A stretch of DNA of 64,000 nucleotides from Octopus vulgaris (Eukaryota): contig OX597816.1 of NCBI GenBank assembly GCA_951406725.2, positions 82,956,001 through 83,020,000 of the forward strand, in the 5' to 3' direction. The notes under the pieces are model-generated. The model was given only the letters and a program-made list of their open reading frames with translations, did not search any database and was not told the origin of the DNA. Each line of letters begins with the position of its first letter. The stretch's first letter is position 1. Made by a program: the position numbers and the translations under genes. Shown here in pieces: positions 27,990 to 43,627 of the stretch.

Positions 27990-28565
27990 GTAGAGAAAAG
28001 TACAATATTGACGTGTCTCAACAGATGTTTAAATATCTCACTGTAACCAGATCTCGCCAACATCCTTCTCTCGCCCATCTGTTTCACTTCATTTTCTTCC
28101 GATACTCATTAAAAGCTTTTAACCTCTTCGCTTGCTCCTTCTTGTTCCTTCTTTGCTACCCGCCTCTCCTACTCCACCATCTCTCCTTACTGCGTCTTGA
28201 CGCGAGTTTGTTCTCATCTTCTCTTAGAGAACCAACACTGAAACACACGGCTCTCATCTGCGTTCTAAATAATACTATCGTAACAACTTTATAAATTCTA
28301 TGATACATCGAGGTCTTATTTTATTTCATTTTATTTTATTTTATGTATGTGTTTAATACATTTTCGCTTCTGTGTCACCCAGTATAGACAATATCACCAC
28401 ACCGCAGCTTACAATGCAGCCACCATCACACACACTGGCATACACACACACACTTAGACACACACACACACACGCACAAAGACACACATACACGCATGTC
28501 CATACGTACATACATGCGTACATACGCGCATACGCACACACTCACACACTCACGCATATATACGT

Positions 28566-28606
<41 letters not shown>

Positions 28607-28661
28607 TGCTAGAGAATATATATAAGTATATAAAATGGATATTATTTATACATAAATGCAT

Positions 28662-29860
<1,199 letters not shown>

Positions 29861-29910
29861 ATACACACACACGTGTGTGTGTGCACATAATCGCGTATAT
29901 ACATACATGC

Positions 29911-29992
<82 letters not shown>

Positions 29993-30059
29993 ATGTCTGT
30001 CTATCTGTCTGTCTGACTGTCTGTCTGTCCGTCCGTCCGTCCGTCTGTCTGTTTGTCCG

Positions 30060-30130
<71 letters not shown>

Positions 30131-30388
30131 GTGTCTGTCTGTCTATCCATTCATCTATCCATCCATCCGCCCATTCATCCATCCATCCATCCATCCATCC
30201 ATCCATCCATCCCTAATATAATACTCTGTGTTCAAGATTGAATATTTTCATACAGTGACTCATACATACAGCATTCACTTAGAATTGGTCCAGGCCATTT
30301 CATCAATCCGAGGCCAAGGATATTATTGCTGGGTTCAACATAACGGAGTGTATCCTATTTAGCGGTGACTTGCCATGCCACCCCAACC

Positions 30389-30422
<34 letters not shown>

Positions 30423-30484
30423 TGTATGTATGTATGTATGTATGTATGCATGCATGTATGTATGTATGTATGTATGTATGTATG

Positions 30485-30548
<64 letters not shown>

Positions 30549-30879
30549 TACACCCACATATGTACATTCACACAAACGTGTGTGTACACACACGCACACC
30601 CGTAGTATGCCTGAGTGAATAAATAAGTGTTTTGTTAGGGTCCGTTAGTATGTGTCTAAAGAGAAAATGTCAGAATGAGAAAGAGAGAGAGGGAGAGAAA
30701 AGAGAGAGAGAGAGGATGGAGAGAAAGAGAGAGAGAGGAGGGAGAGAGAAAAATAGGCTCATACATTATACTCGGTAGAATATCACCTATTGAAGTGAAT
30801 GATACTACGCAATGTTACCTAATAAATTGAAACTCGTGTAGTGCTGTTTTTAGACCGCCCATTCATTTTTATTTTATAT

Positions 30880-30910
<31 letters not shown>

Positions 30911-32353
30911 CTAGCAGGAATACTCGGCGTTGTCCGGGTTAAAGAGAATAATGAAATTTAAAAACACCGTGTAGATAACGCAGGTCTCAACTGCTAATAG
31001 CTGAGATACCAATCTTCTACATTAATAACTCTCTAGCCCATGACAGCATGGAACATAGACATTAAGTGAAAGTTTTCAAATCATATATGTATATAAAATA
31101 AATACGCGTAATTCAAAAACACGTTTTGTATAGCTTATTTCGTAACTAAAAACAGGTGCAGATTATAATGAAAGGGCGATTTTAGTGATTTATTTGACAG
31201 AGGAAGTAGAGAGCCAATCGGATGATAAACTTGACCTTGGATCTTGAAAGTTTACATGAATCCTGGGTCAATCAAATCTCTTGTGGCTCCAAATGATGTC
31301 ATCTGTAGTGCAGAATTGTATTGTCTAATTTTGCTTTGGAAGTGGTTAGAATCTTGGTCAGTTGATGAGAACAGTTTCTTCAATGGCTCTGGAGGTTGGG
31401 GAATTGCATTGAGTTTAACCTTTCCACCACTGCAGCACAGTGCAGGTGTCTCTCCAGGCCACTTCCTTGCTTTACAATGTATGCACTCAGCTGCCATTGC
31501 ACCAATGGAAACTCTAATGTCATCTGCATAATGAACTGCTGGATCATTGAAAGCTGCTTCATAGTAGTTGCTTCTTTGAGCTGTTACAACTGCTCTTCGT
31601 TCTGCAGTGGAGATCCTATTCCTTGTCAGCCGTCGATACCTCTGTTCATCACTTTGAGATGCTCTGGATTTTGTACTGCACAGTCTGTTCGTTTCTTGAT
31701 ATGCTTCCCTTTCTGTAGCTGACCCTGACATTGTAGACAAATTTAATACTTTCCTTCTAGGTATGGTTATATAAGCATACAGAAATACACAGGTTCAGAA
31801 GATAGTAAACAATGAAAATAACTGGGTAGCGAAAATTATATTTCTTAATACAACGGGCAGAAAGCAAATAAGAAATTTATACGGAAAATAAAGAATTGTA
31901 CGGATTCATGCGAAGTTTGTTAGTGAACCAAAGAGCCAGTATCGAAGGAACCAGATAGAGAGAAATAGAGGGAGATGGATAGATATAGATAGGGAGATAT
32001 AGATATTACTGACGCTAGAAAACCGGAAGTAAATATTTTAAAAAGACTTTCAAGGGCATGAATCTAATATAAAAAGCAATATTCTTTATTATAACCAATG
32101 AATGTAAGGCAGACAATCATTTTCTGAAAGTTGCTTCACAAAGAGTTTCCTCCCTTATCCACGTAATCCAGGAACAGGGATTTTCCTGCTCCCAGGGGGC
32201 CCGTTACTCATTATGTGAAACATTTTAAGAGTCTTAAACCATCCCTGGACCATAAGTAATGTATGTTCCCAGTTTGGAGAAAATCAGTTGAAAAATACGG
32301 CCATTATAATCTTTTACACACACACATACATACATACATATACGTAAATATAC

Positions 32354-32397
<44 letters not shown>

Positions 32398-32400
32398 GCA
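30911..32400 (-). mobile_element. Internally deleted Helitron retaining RepHel N-terminal coding sequence
   Basis: ECIHCKARKWPGETPALCCSGGKV..IRQYNSALQMTSFG..FKIQGQVYHPIGSLLP (31200-31740); minus-strand 3' end CCCGGACAACGCCGAG hairpin followed by ..CTAG|T at 30911; 5' boundary uncertain within (TA)n. Confidence 0.85.
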
Positions 32401-32713
32401 GATATATATATGCCTAAATACACGCATATTTATATCATTATAAAGAATGAGAGAGAGAGAAAGCGAGAGAGAGTGAGAGAGAGTAAGAGAAAGAGGGAGA
32501 GAGAGGGAGAGGGAGAGATAGGGAGAGGGAGAGATACGGGAGAGAGAAAGGGAGAGAGAGTGAGAGACGGAGAAAAACGATAAAATATCTGTAATCACAG
32601 AACATACACAAATAAGAGATTGACAGGTAGATAAACATTAAGAAAACACGGAAATATCAAATATGAAGCAGTAAACAAATAAATCAGTTCTAGTATGCAA
32701 TCTTGCTCAAAAT

Positions 32714-32794
<81 letters not shown>

Positions 32795-32875
32795 CATATA
32801 TGTATGTGTGTGTGTGTGTGTGTTTGTGTGTGTGTTTGTGTGTTTGTGTGTTTGTGTATGTATATATATATGATA

Positions 32876-32910
<35 letters not shown>

Positions 32911-32963
32911 CATTCATACATACATATATGCCTCTATGGCCAAACCGTTACGTTCTCTGAGTT

Positions 32964-33192
<229 letters not shown>

Positions 33193-33752
33193 CACTAATA
33201 CTACATATGCATATATATATGTACATTTATATGTACATATATATATGTACATATATATATGCATGTGTAGTATTAGTATACGTATGCATATATATGTATA
33301 CGTATGCATTTATATGTATACTTACAAGCACACACACACTGTCACACATACACGCACACATCACACTCAAACTCTCTCACACAGACACATACACACATAA
33401 TAATTTACACACATGTACAAGTATGATATTTCTATTTATGTGTTCATATGAGATTCAATTTTACCGTCTGGATATAATTATTCATGTTTTGTAGATTATG
33501 TGATTATTTCCTTCCAATTTACACATGTACGTACATGAATGATTGTGTATGCATATATATACGTGTATGTGCGTGTGTATACGTGTGTGTGTGTGTGTGT
33601 ATAAATTGTGTGTAAGTTTGCGGATATTTATATATATATATATATATATGTGTATTTATCACATATACATAGGATACATACATATGAGTGAACACAAGCT
33701 TCACACATATACTTAAACATGTATATATGCATACATACACGCACATTTATTT

Positions 33753-33849
<97 letters not shown>

Positions 33850-35148
33850 GTATATATGTATGTATATAATATCATCACATCTATATGCTTGCATGTCTGA
33901 TTATGTATGAATGTGTGTGTATATATATTCATACACGTGTATATTTAATGCATATGCATGCAGACAGTACACACACATACACACCCCACACACGAATATA
34001 TAGAACGTGTGTGGGAGGGAGAGAGAGAATGAGAGTTAGATACACGTATACCATAAATATACACATATGTGTATGTTCATTTATACCTGGTTTCGATTTA
34101 GTGCTTCACGATACATTGAAGGGAAACGTTCTTTACACTGCAACAAGAGACGGCACAGACATTAAAATAATACATTTTAACGCACAAATATCATTCTAAC
34201 GTTATAAACTTTATATCTTATTAATTGCCAGAGTAAAAGAAATTCCCAGTGACCTGTGCCTGCCGTGTTGTCTTGATACCTCAAAGCTTTTGTGGTACTT
34301 CTTGTCATGTCGTTAGAGTACTTGAGAAAAGACACAGCATCTAATATTTCCACTAAACAAATACGCCAAAGGCTCTTTTGCATCTGTATGATATATAACT
34401 TAGAAATGTATAAAGGTATCTGATGAAATTGTCTGGATATGTTGTTTGATGACGTAATACATTAATAAGTAAATAAATAACCATTCTTTGGATACATATG
34501 TAACATAAACTGAGGAATATTTTTATGCACATTTATTATATATATAAAAAGTGCGTTAGGGTGCCTAAGCCTGCTCACAACAGCATAGATGCTGAAAATT
34601 ATTAGCGAAAGTTTAGGGCAACCTACCAAATCTTACTCACTCGTAAGTGACCGTTGATCTATATATCAATATATCAATATTAATATCAATAATTGAGGTC
34701 AACCCCTATATCAATAATTGAGATAGGGGTTGTAAATGCAACCCTCCATGGGATAACATATATCCAATGTACTGCTAGTGAAGTACCCAATAAAGTTAAT
34801 ACATAAATGTTAAGGATTGCGATGTAATCAATTCATTTACTGTATTATATGGGCAAAGGTAAAATGATTTACCAAAAATTACTAATACAAGATAAGAAAA
34901 TGGAGAAATACATCTAAATCAAATATCAGTTACAGATAATACTCAATCACATACTTTATTAAACCACCACATAAGAGACTGTAGGGTTAAACATAAAAAA
35001 GCAGAACAAAGCAGTGTACATAAAGGAATGTACATAAAAAAGTGTACATAAAAGAGTAATGTTGTACAATAAGTAGAATATATATAAAAAAGAGAATATA
35101 AATATAAGTAAATATAAATATAAGTATAGATTACATCTTACATCTGTT

Positions 35149-35189
<41 letters not shown>

Positions 35190-35190
<1 letters not shown>

Positions 35191-35365
35191 AGTTCAAATT
35201 GACAAAATGCAAAAGGAAGACAAGTGTAGGAACAACAAGGAAGTGTATTAGTTTAACGCTCGGGAAAAATGGAAATGTCTTCTACGTTTCGGGCCTACGC
35301 TCCTCGGCAGAAAGGAATAAGAGGAAAAAATGGAGAGAGAACGAAAGAAACGGAGAGAGAAAACT
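35190..35365 (-). mobile_element. PLE-pLTR-like repeat with HHR-like motif (copy 2 of 3)
   Basis: Minus strand CTTT-CTGCCGA-G-GAGC-GTAG-GCCC-GAAA-CGTA-GAAG; homologous to 17641-17780. Confidence 0.7.
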
Positions 35366-35377
35366 GTATATATATAT

Positions 35378-35471
<94 letters not shown>

Positions 35472-35475
<4 letters not shown>

Positions 35476-36706
35476 TGCATAAGATATTTGAGGAAAATTT
35501 ATATTTATGAAAAAACCCAGATATATGATAACTTTATTTATCAAAAAATGCTATGAGGATAAAAATAAACCTTCTTTTCCATAATGTTATTCAATAAAGC
35601 CACCTTCAGCTTCAACAACTGCTTCTATATGAGATCTAAATCATCTACATGCTGAAATCAAGTAGTCCTGGTTCATTTTAGACATTACTCGGATTATGGC
35701 AACTTTCAAAGAATCTTTGGTATTATGAGTGTGTTTATTGACCTCTCAACAACGCTCCATATGTAATAGTCCAATGGATTAAGATGTGGGGAATTAGGAG
35801 GCCAAATGTTAGGGACTATGTGATCATGAAAATTTTCAGCCATCCATTCCTGTGTTACTAGAGCCATGTGTAATAGTGCAGAGTCTTACTGAAACACATA
35901 TGACCTTCCATTGCATACACTGTCTACCCAAGGCTTAACAATTATTTCCAGGACCTCAATGTAGGCGGCAGAGTTAACTCTAAAGCCTTGTGGAAAGAGG
36001 TATGGAGGCATCACATGTCCTTCATTGCTGACAACCCTTAACATCATAACAGTTGCAGGAAATTTTGTATGCATAACACTTGGAACTTCAGAAGGGTCTG
36101 CTCAGCTGTCATTCTTTCTGTTAATTTTTGATCTTGCTCAAAGTTTTTCTCGTTTGAGAAAAACCAAATCAAATCTGCTGGATTTTTCAGTTTGTTTAAG
36201 AGCCTTTTAGATTTGATGCAGTGATTTTCTTTTGCTTTTTCGGGCAAACTGACCTTTCTTCATCATATAAGACTTATATCTGATGTCTTCATGGATAACA
36301 CTTCTGATTGTTCTTTCTGACACATGGAGATCTTTTGCAATTGACGTCATGGACTTTCTGGGATTGTAATAAATGGTCTGTTGAACTTGCTGGATAAATT
36401 CAGGTGTTCTGATGATTTCAGAGTTTAGAATGCTTGTTATGCTTTGATACTGGTGATACGTTTCCATCTTCAGCCTCTAGCTCCTTACAAACTTTGTAGA
36501 CGAAAGATCTGACAACTTTTAAAGATTGAGATATTTCTAAATCACTATGCTCAGCCTTTATAACCAGAATAACAGCATGCCTCTTCATTTCTTGAGTAAG
36601 CTGAGGGTCTGCCATTATTATTTTCCGAAACAAAGATTATACAGAGTTAGCGAAAAATGCAGCAATACCCGAAAAAGGTATGTCCTCAAATACATTATGC
36701 ACCCTG
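35472..36706 (-). mobile_element. Full-length but decayed Tc1/mariner-superfamily DD37D (maT) transposon
   Basis: WFFSNEKNF, FQ*DSA..37 aa..WPPNSPHLNPLD; TIRs GGTGCATAAGATATTTGAGGA (~35474) and reverse-complement CAGGGTGCATAATGTATTTGAGGA ending at 36706, followed by TA. Confidence 0.9.
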
Positions 36707-37572
36707 TACACAGCAGAGTAGTATTTTTTCAATGCATTAGATATGCATGTAGTGCATGCGAAGTCAAGCACGCGCGCACTCATACTTGCCGTAGAGCTGA
36801 TGTGACTATTTATCTGCGAGTGTTCATTATCGATGAAATATATTCCCAAAATTGCAATATCTAAATCGAAAATACATAGTGCAGAAGGTACCTTTTGGCC
36901 AAATATGACATTAAAATTGAAACATTAAAACTCTTTAAAAAAAAAAAATCCCGCGTGTGTATGCCTTAACTTATAACTATGTGTATTTGTGTGCATGTGT
37001 AATTGTGTGTGTATGTGCGTGCGCGTGCGTATGTGCGTATGTCTTTTCTTTTGCTCCTTGTCTCAACGTATACAGTTGAAACTTCATCTTGGAGTGTAAC
37101 GTGAAACTGGACATTATAAAACACTCAAAATTGTATTGATTTATAAGCTTTTTAAATAACAGTTTACTTACTTTTCATGTGTAGACAGTTTTTACAAAAG
37201 TTTATTTTTTAATTGGTTTTAATATTGCGAATGTTTCAAAACGCATTCAATGTGTAAATCTCTTTTTAATATATATATTTTATTGTACAATGTTATTCAC
37301 ACAGAGAAACTATTTCAAATGGTTAATGTTTTAATGTGAACGATATCATACAATAAAAGCAAACAACGGTGAAATTAATAGTCTTTTTGTCTCTGGGTAT
37401 CTAATATCGTTTGCATTACAATTTTGGTAGCAAATTCAGGAGACTCGGGTTATAATTCATAGTAAACATCAAACCGAAATAGGACACCTTACTATTTTTC
37501 GACATTAGTGGAAAACCTCTGCTACTAACGCTAAAGTGCTGACGGATTATCTCATGGAGATAAATTGAGTTG

Positions 37573-37905
37573 AGACCCCCTTCGGTCATGAATGCCCATG
37601 GGATTGCACCTAGAAAGTTATCCTCCCAGGCACAAGTCCGGGCAAGGTTGTTCATGGAAGACCAGCAGTCGCCCATGCATACTGGCCTCCCCTCTGCACG
37701 CCACCGATGTTATCCAAGGGAAAGGCAACAGCAGATACAGCTTGGCACCTGTGACGTCGCAACTCATTTCTACAGCTGAGTGAACTGGAGCAACGTGAAA
37801 TAAAGTGTCTTGCTCAAGAAAGCAACACGCAGCCCGGTCTGGGATTCGAACTCACAACCTCGCGATCGTAAGCTCGACGCTCTAACCACTGAGCTATGCG
37901 CCTTC
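37573..37905 (-). mobile_element. tRNA-derived SINE family C, full length
   Basis: Minus-strand head GGCGCATAGCTCAGTGGTTAGAGCG (A box)..GTTCGAATCCC (B box), then a body shared with 39098-39430. Confidence 0.9.
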
Positions 37906-37946
37906 ATGGTGATAAATAGTGTAGTATAAATATTGAAAGTATTTAT

Positions 37947-38163
37947 ATTGGCTTCAAATTTTGGCACAAGTTCTGCAATTTCGAGAGAGGGGTAAATCGT
38001 TTACATCGACCCCAGTTCTCAACTGCTGCTTATTTTATCGAACCTGAAAGGATGAAAGGCAAAGTCGACAGCCGCAGAATTTGAACTCAGAATGTAAAGA
38101 CGGACGAAATGCCGCTAAGCATTTTGCCCGATGTGCTAACGATACTGACAGCTCGCTGCCTTA
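37947..38163 (-). mobile_element. SINE family A with 12-bp target-site duplication
   Basis: GAAAGTATTTAT at 37935-46 and 38164-75 flanks a full reverse-complement copy. Confidence 0.9.
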
Positions 38164-39097
38164 GAAAGTATTTATGCTAATTATTCTGATAAGAAAGAAA
38201 GGCAGACTTTATATAGTGTAATGAATAAAGTGAACTCCGAGTTAGCAATAGATACGTAAGCCAGGTGAAAATTATCTCAAATTTGGGGTTTTTGATGTCT
38301 AATAACAGTTAACCTCTTGCAACAAGATTACTGTTGATTTCGACTATGGATGTTTGAATATACAATTAACTGAATTATCTGCCTTACTAAATTAACATGT
38401 GGGCGAGTTTATGTGTATGTGTGTATGTGTGAGTGTGAATATACAAGCATATATACATATATATATATTCATTCACATGTTAATGCGTGTGCACGAGTGT
38501 GAGTGGGTATGTTTTATTTATTAAACTGTTTGTCAGTAACTTCGAAGTCTCGTCTTCATAAACTTGTAAAGAATTCTGATTTTGAAAGATTTTTTAAAAT
38601 ATATTTTCTGGATTATCTTCTTCTTCTTCTTCTTCTTCTTCTTCTTCTTCTTCTTCTTCTTCTTCTTCTTCTTCTTCTTCTTCTTCTTCTTCTTCTTCTT
38701 CTTCTTCTTCTTCTTCTTCTTCTTCTTCTTCTTCTTCTTCTTCTTCTTCTTCTTCTTCTTCTTCTTCTATTTCTTTTACCTTTTAACTTCTCGTTTCTGC
38801 TCATCCAATCAAACAATTCACTCAAATATTTTTTTGTGAAAAACAAAAAAGAACCCTATAAAAACTCCCCTACATTACAAACACTATGCCTCACCCACAA
38901 GATGAATAAAAATATACACAACAGGTTCAGAAAACTTGTCATTCTTTAAAGTCTAGCGAAGGCAACTGAGTTAAAACTTTGAAGTCAGTGATAATCTTTT
39001 CCTTGTAAAAATATAACAAATACGATACTCTAATTAAATGTATTTGAGGGATAATTTAATTTATGTTTTCTTTTGTCTGGAAATATGCATAAAATGT

Positions 39098-39430
39098 GAA
39101 GGCGTATGGTTCAGTGGTTAGAGCATCGGGCTCACAGTTACGAGGTAGTGAGTTCCATTCGGACTGGTCTGTGTGTTGTGTTCAAGATACTTTATTTCAC
39201 GTTGGTCCAGTTCATTCAGCTGTAGAAATGAGTTGCGATGTCACTGACACCAAGCTGTATCGGTCTTTGCCTTTCCCTTGTATAACATGGGTGGTGTGGG
39301 AAGGGGAGTCTGGTATGCATGGGCGACAGCTGATCTTACATAAACAATCTTTCCCGGACTTGTACCTTGGAGGGGGGCTTTCTAGGTGAATTCCCATGGT
39401 CATTCATGACCGAAGGGTGTCTTTAACCTT
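39098..39430 (+). mobile_element. tRNA-derived SINE family C, full length
   Basis: GGCGTATGGTTCAGTGGTTAGAGC head; body CAGCTGTAGAAATGAGTTGCGA..CCAAGCTGTATC..CATTCATGACCGAAGGG matches 37573-37905 inverted. Confidence 0.88.
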
Positions 39431-39823
39431 ACTCTTTACCCTATGCATAAAAATAAACACATACACATACAAACTCTCTCTCTCTCTATCACACACACAT
39501 ACACACAGAAACACATGTATAGACATACATGCGGTTATGAATGCATATATGCACACACATACATACGAATCTCTGTGCATGGAAATATAAAGTTAATAAC
39601 GGTCTTACATGGCCCTTCCACCGTAATTTCCAGTTAATCGGAATTTACTCGTTTACTTAAATCGTGCATAATTCATGGCCAGCTGCTTCTTTTTCAACAA
39701 TCGTTTGGCTATCGGCTACATTAAACTCAAAATAATACTTCCTGAAGCATCAACTTCTAATATATAATACATTCATGCATACATACGTGCATACATACAT
39801 ACATACATACATACATACATACA

Positions 39824-39855
<32 letters not shown>

Positions 39856-40043
39856 CACATATTTATGTATGTGTTCATGTATGCATATATGTATGTATGC
39901 ACGTATGTATGTATTTATGTAGGTATGCATGTATACATATATGTGTGTGAATGTGAGATGCATTAATTAAAATTAATAGGCTTGTGTGAGATTAAGAGGA
40001 AGAGTGTGAGGAAGAATAACATGAGGTACAAAAAGAGCTTGTG

Positions 40044-40096
<53 letters not shown>

Positions 40097-40182
40097 TGGG
40101 GAGAGGATTTATGATGTATGTGATCAGTTAGGTAGACTTATATACAGAGGGAAGGATATGGGCGAAAAGAAGAAGTAGATAG

Positions 40183-40230
<48 letters not shown>

Positions 40231-40682
40231 GAGAGAGAGAGGTGAAGAATGGAAGGGAATGTGTGGAAATTAGTTAAAAAATTATATATCATACATAGCG
40301 CAATGTCAACTACAATTTTAATAGCAAATACTTCCCCAGAGATTTTTTTGGTAAGGTTTGGTGTATATGTATGGTAGGTAGGTAAATGCCAGCTACAGGA
40401 ACCAAAAAAATATAAAAGACAGTTACCAGCTGGTAACTCCATTAGAACCACAGGGCCTTGGCAATACCATGCTCGGTCGTCAATTAATGTTTGCCGATAC
40501 AGCTGTAATAGGAAAATGATAGTGTAGGCTGGTCGAAAAAGTTGTACCACGCCTCGTAAAACAGAAAAAGACGAAGTAGTATGTTGTATCTCGTTGTTGT
40601 TGTTGTTGTTATTATTGTTAATATTGTTTATATTCTTCTTCTTCTTCTTCTTCTTCTTCTTCTTCTTCTTCTTCTTCTTCTT

Positions 40683-40713
<31 letters not shown>

Positions 40714-40719
40714 TTATTC

Positions 40720-40772
<53 letters not shown>

Positions 40773-40845
40773 ATTATTATTATTATTATTATTATTATCA
40801 TTATTATTATTATCATCATCATCATCATCATCATCATCATTTATT

Positions 40846-40947
<102 letters not shown>

Positions 40948-41266
40948 GTTTATAATATATCTTGATTTCTTTTCCTAACCAACTTTCCCCTCCTCCACAC
41001 TCTCGAGTATATGTAGACATTACAACCCATTCCCGAAAAATCCGTTAAAAAAGAATAAAAAAAAAAAGAAAAAAAAAGAAAGAAGAATAAAAGAAAAATG
41101 GAGTCTACACACGCGCATCATCTACATATAAAGGATATATATTTATATAAGTATGTGTATGAGTAATACACACACACACACACACACATATATGATATTT
41201 ATATATGTATGAGTGATATAAATATGTATGTGTATATATATCTATATCACTCATACATATATAAAT

Positions 41267-41322
<56 letters not shown>

Positions 41323-42311
41323 CATACATATATAAATATATGTTTATATATATACACAGTGTGTGTATATATGTATGTATACGTATATCTATATCTTTAT
41401 ATATGTATACGTACATATACATACAGACACACAAACAAACAACGATACATACATACATACATACATACATACATACATACATGCATACATACATACATAC
41501 ATACATACATACATGTACGCACATAGACATATAGATACATACATGCACATATACGTATACATGTGCGCATTGACGCATACACACAAACATGTGTTTATGC
41601 GAATGTAACGAATACGGTGTTAAGTCTCAAACGTCCATGTACATACATCGCTTGAGCAGTTATACGAGATGCTGGAGAAGTTTAGAAGGAGTGAAAAAAA
41701 ATCCCCAGCAGAGAAAGGGAAAACAAGAACAAATCAAAGCATCAGGGTAAAAGTAAATAAGGCAGAGAATGAGAGAGAAAGGAAGAAGAAAGAGAAGAGG
41801 AAAAAGAAGGCAGAGTGGTTAAAGTAAATCCGCTTCGCTACCAAATGAAGAAAGAAGAAGAAAGGCGAATAGTCCCCTGCGGTTTGGCTCCATGTTTCAA
41901 CAGTCGTCAACGATTAAAAGCAAGTTATTTAGTGACCGCTGTTGACGGATTAGGGCAGTATGAAGAGATATAAGGGAAGCAGACGAAGAGTAAGAACGAG
42001 ACTAGAAAGAGAGGTAGAGAGAGAGGGAGTGCGAGCGAGAGAGAAAGGAAAGAGAGAAAGGAAAGAGAGAAAGGAGAGAGAATGTAGATGGTCATAGAGA
42101 GAGAAAACGAAATAGAATATGTGAGAGAGAGGGAGAGAAAAGGGAGAGAACGAAGAGTGTGGATGGTCACAGGGACAGAAAACGATGTCGTATATCAGGA
42201 AGACAGAAAGAGAGAGAGAGAGACAGACAGAGAGGGAAAGAGAGAGAGAGAGAGACGGAAAAAGAGAGAATGAGTGCATGGGCATAGAGGAAGAAAATGA
42301 CATGTCAATAC

Positions 42312-42345
<34 letters not shown>

Positions 42346-42775
42346 AAAAGAGGGGAGGATGAGGGAGAAAGTGAGGATGGTCATAGAAGAAGAAAGTAAT
42401 ATAAATTATGAGAGAGAAAGAAGAAATGATAAACAGGCAGTGACATAGGAGAGGAAATTGATACGTTTGTTATATCTAGAAATAATTGGTAGCTATATTT
42501 CGATGTTTTGAATTATATATCCTTTAAAAGTTTAAAATCAAATATAATGATAATGATAATTGTAATACTGTCATTGTTGCTGGAAATATTACTGCTACAG
42601 AAGCTACTGCCGCGGATGTATGGGATTTGTCTACTAGAAGGTACATTCAAACGCAATAAACTTATCAATGCGATTTTCACATCTCAAGAGCATTTGAATG
42701 ATAAAACAAAACGTGTGTACGAGTGTTTGTGTACGTATTACAGACATGCACAATTCATTTTTTGCTAGATACTGG

Positions 42776-42866
42776 TCGTTTCGGAGGTGGATGAGAGTGT
42801 GGAACTGAGGAGCGGAAATGGCCACGAAACATCGATATCTGCCTCTCTCTTTCACTTTCCGGACGA
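42776..42866 (+). ncRNA. Type I hammerhead ribozyme candidate with long extended helix I
   Basis: CTGAGGA 42805-11; stem II GCGG/CCAC; GAAA 42826-29; stem III with palindromic ATCGAT; AUC 42837-39; helix I GGAA/TGCC plus TCGTTTCGGAGGTGGATGAGAG pairing with CTCTCTTTCACTTTCCGGACGA. Confidence 0.7.
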
Positions 42867-42957
42867 TTTTATTTCGCCTAAACCTGCCGGGGCCGATATA
42901 ACGTACATCTACCATAAACGGAAACAGCAGCAGCATGGCAGCAGCAGCAGCAGCAGC

Positions 42958-43008
<51 letters not shown>

Positions 43009-43448
43009 AACAACAACAACAACAACAATAACAGCAGCAACAACAACAACAGCAGCAGCAGCAGCAACAACAACAACAGCAGCAGCAGCAGGAACAACAA
43101 CAGCAACAACGTTAATGATAGGGGTTTCAAAGGCATTGGCGTTCGTTGCGTAGATGTCGTCGATGATGATTATGATTATAAAAAAAGGATTTTAATATTG
43201 ATAAAAATCAACATTTACAACATAGTAACGAAAATTATATATATAAAAACTGTCATCATTAATTCGGCAAGAAGGTTCTAGAAATATTCTCGGAGTTGGA
43301 GCAATCTTGTTAATATCGTGCTTCAAAAACATTCCATTGGTAGCTTGAAACAAGATCAACGTATAACGTTGCGATTGCAATAGTGATAAAAATAATGACG
43401 ATGATAATAATATTAATAAGAATATCAACAACAACAACAACAAAATGT

Positions 43449-43541
<93 letters not shown>

Positions 43542-43575
43542 TGATGATAATAATAATAATAATAATAATAATAAC

Positions 43576-43625
<50 letters not shown>

Positions 43626-43627
43626 TT

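Noticed and set aside
37830-37905. tRNA-like sequence with A and B boxes
   Set aside because: It continues into a SINE body shared with 39098-39430, so it is a SINE head, not a tRNA gene.
42787-43281. 164-aa ORF with poly-S/N preceded by an acceptor-like TTTTTTGCTAG
   Set aside because: No recognisable domain; much of it is (AAC/AGC)n and its unique part is better explained by the hammerhead fold. An exon cannot be excluded without RNA-seq.
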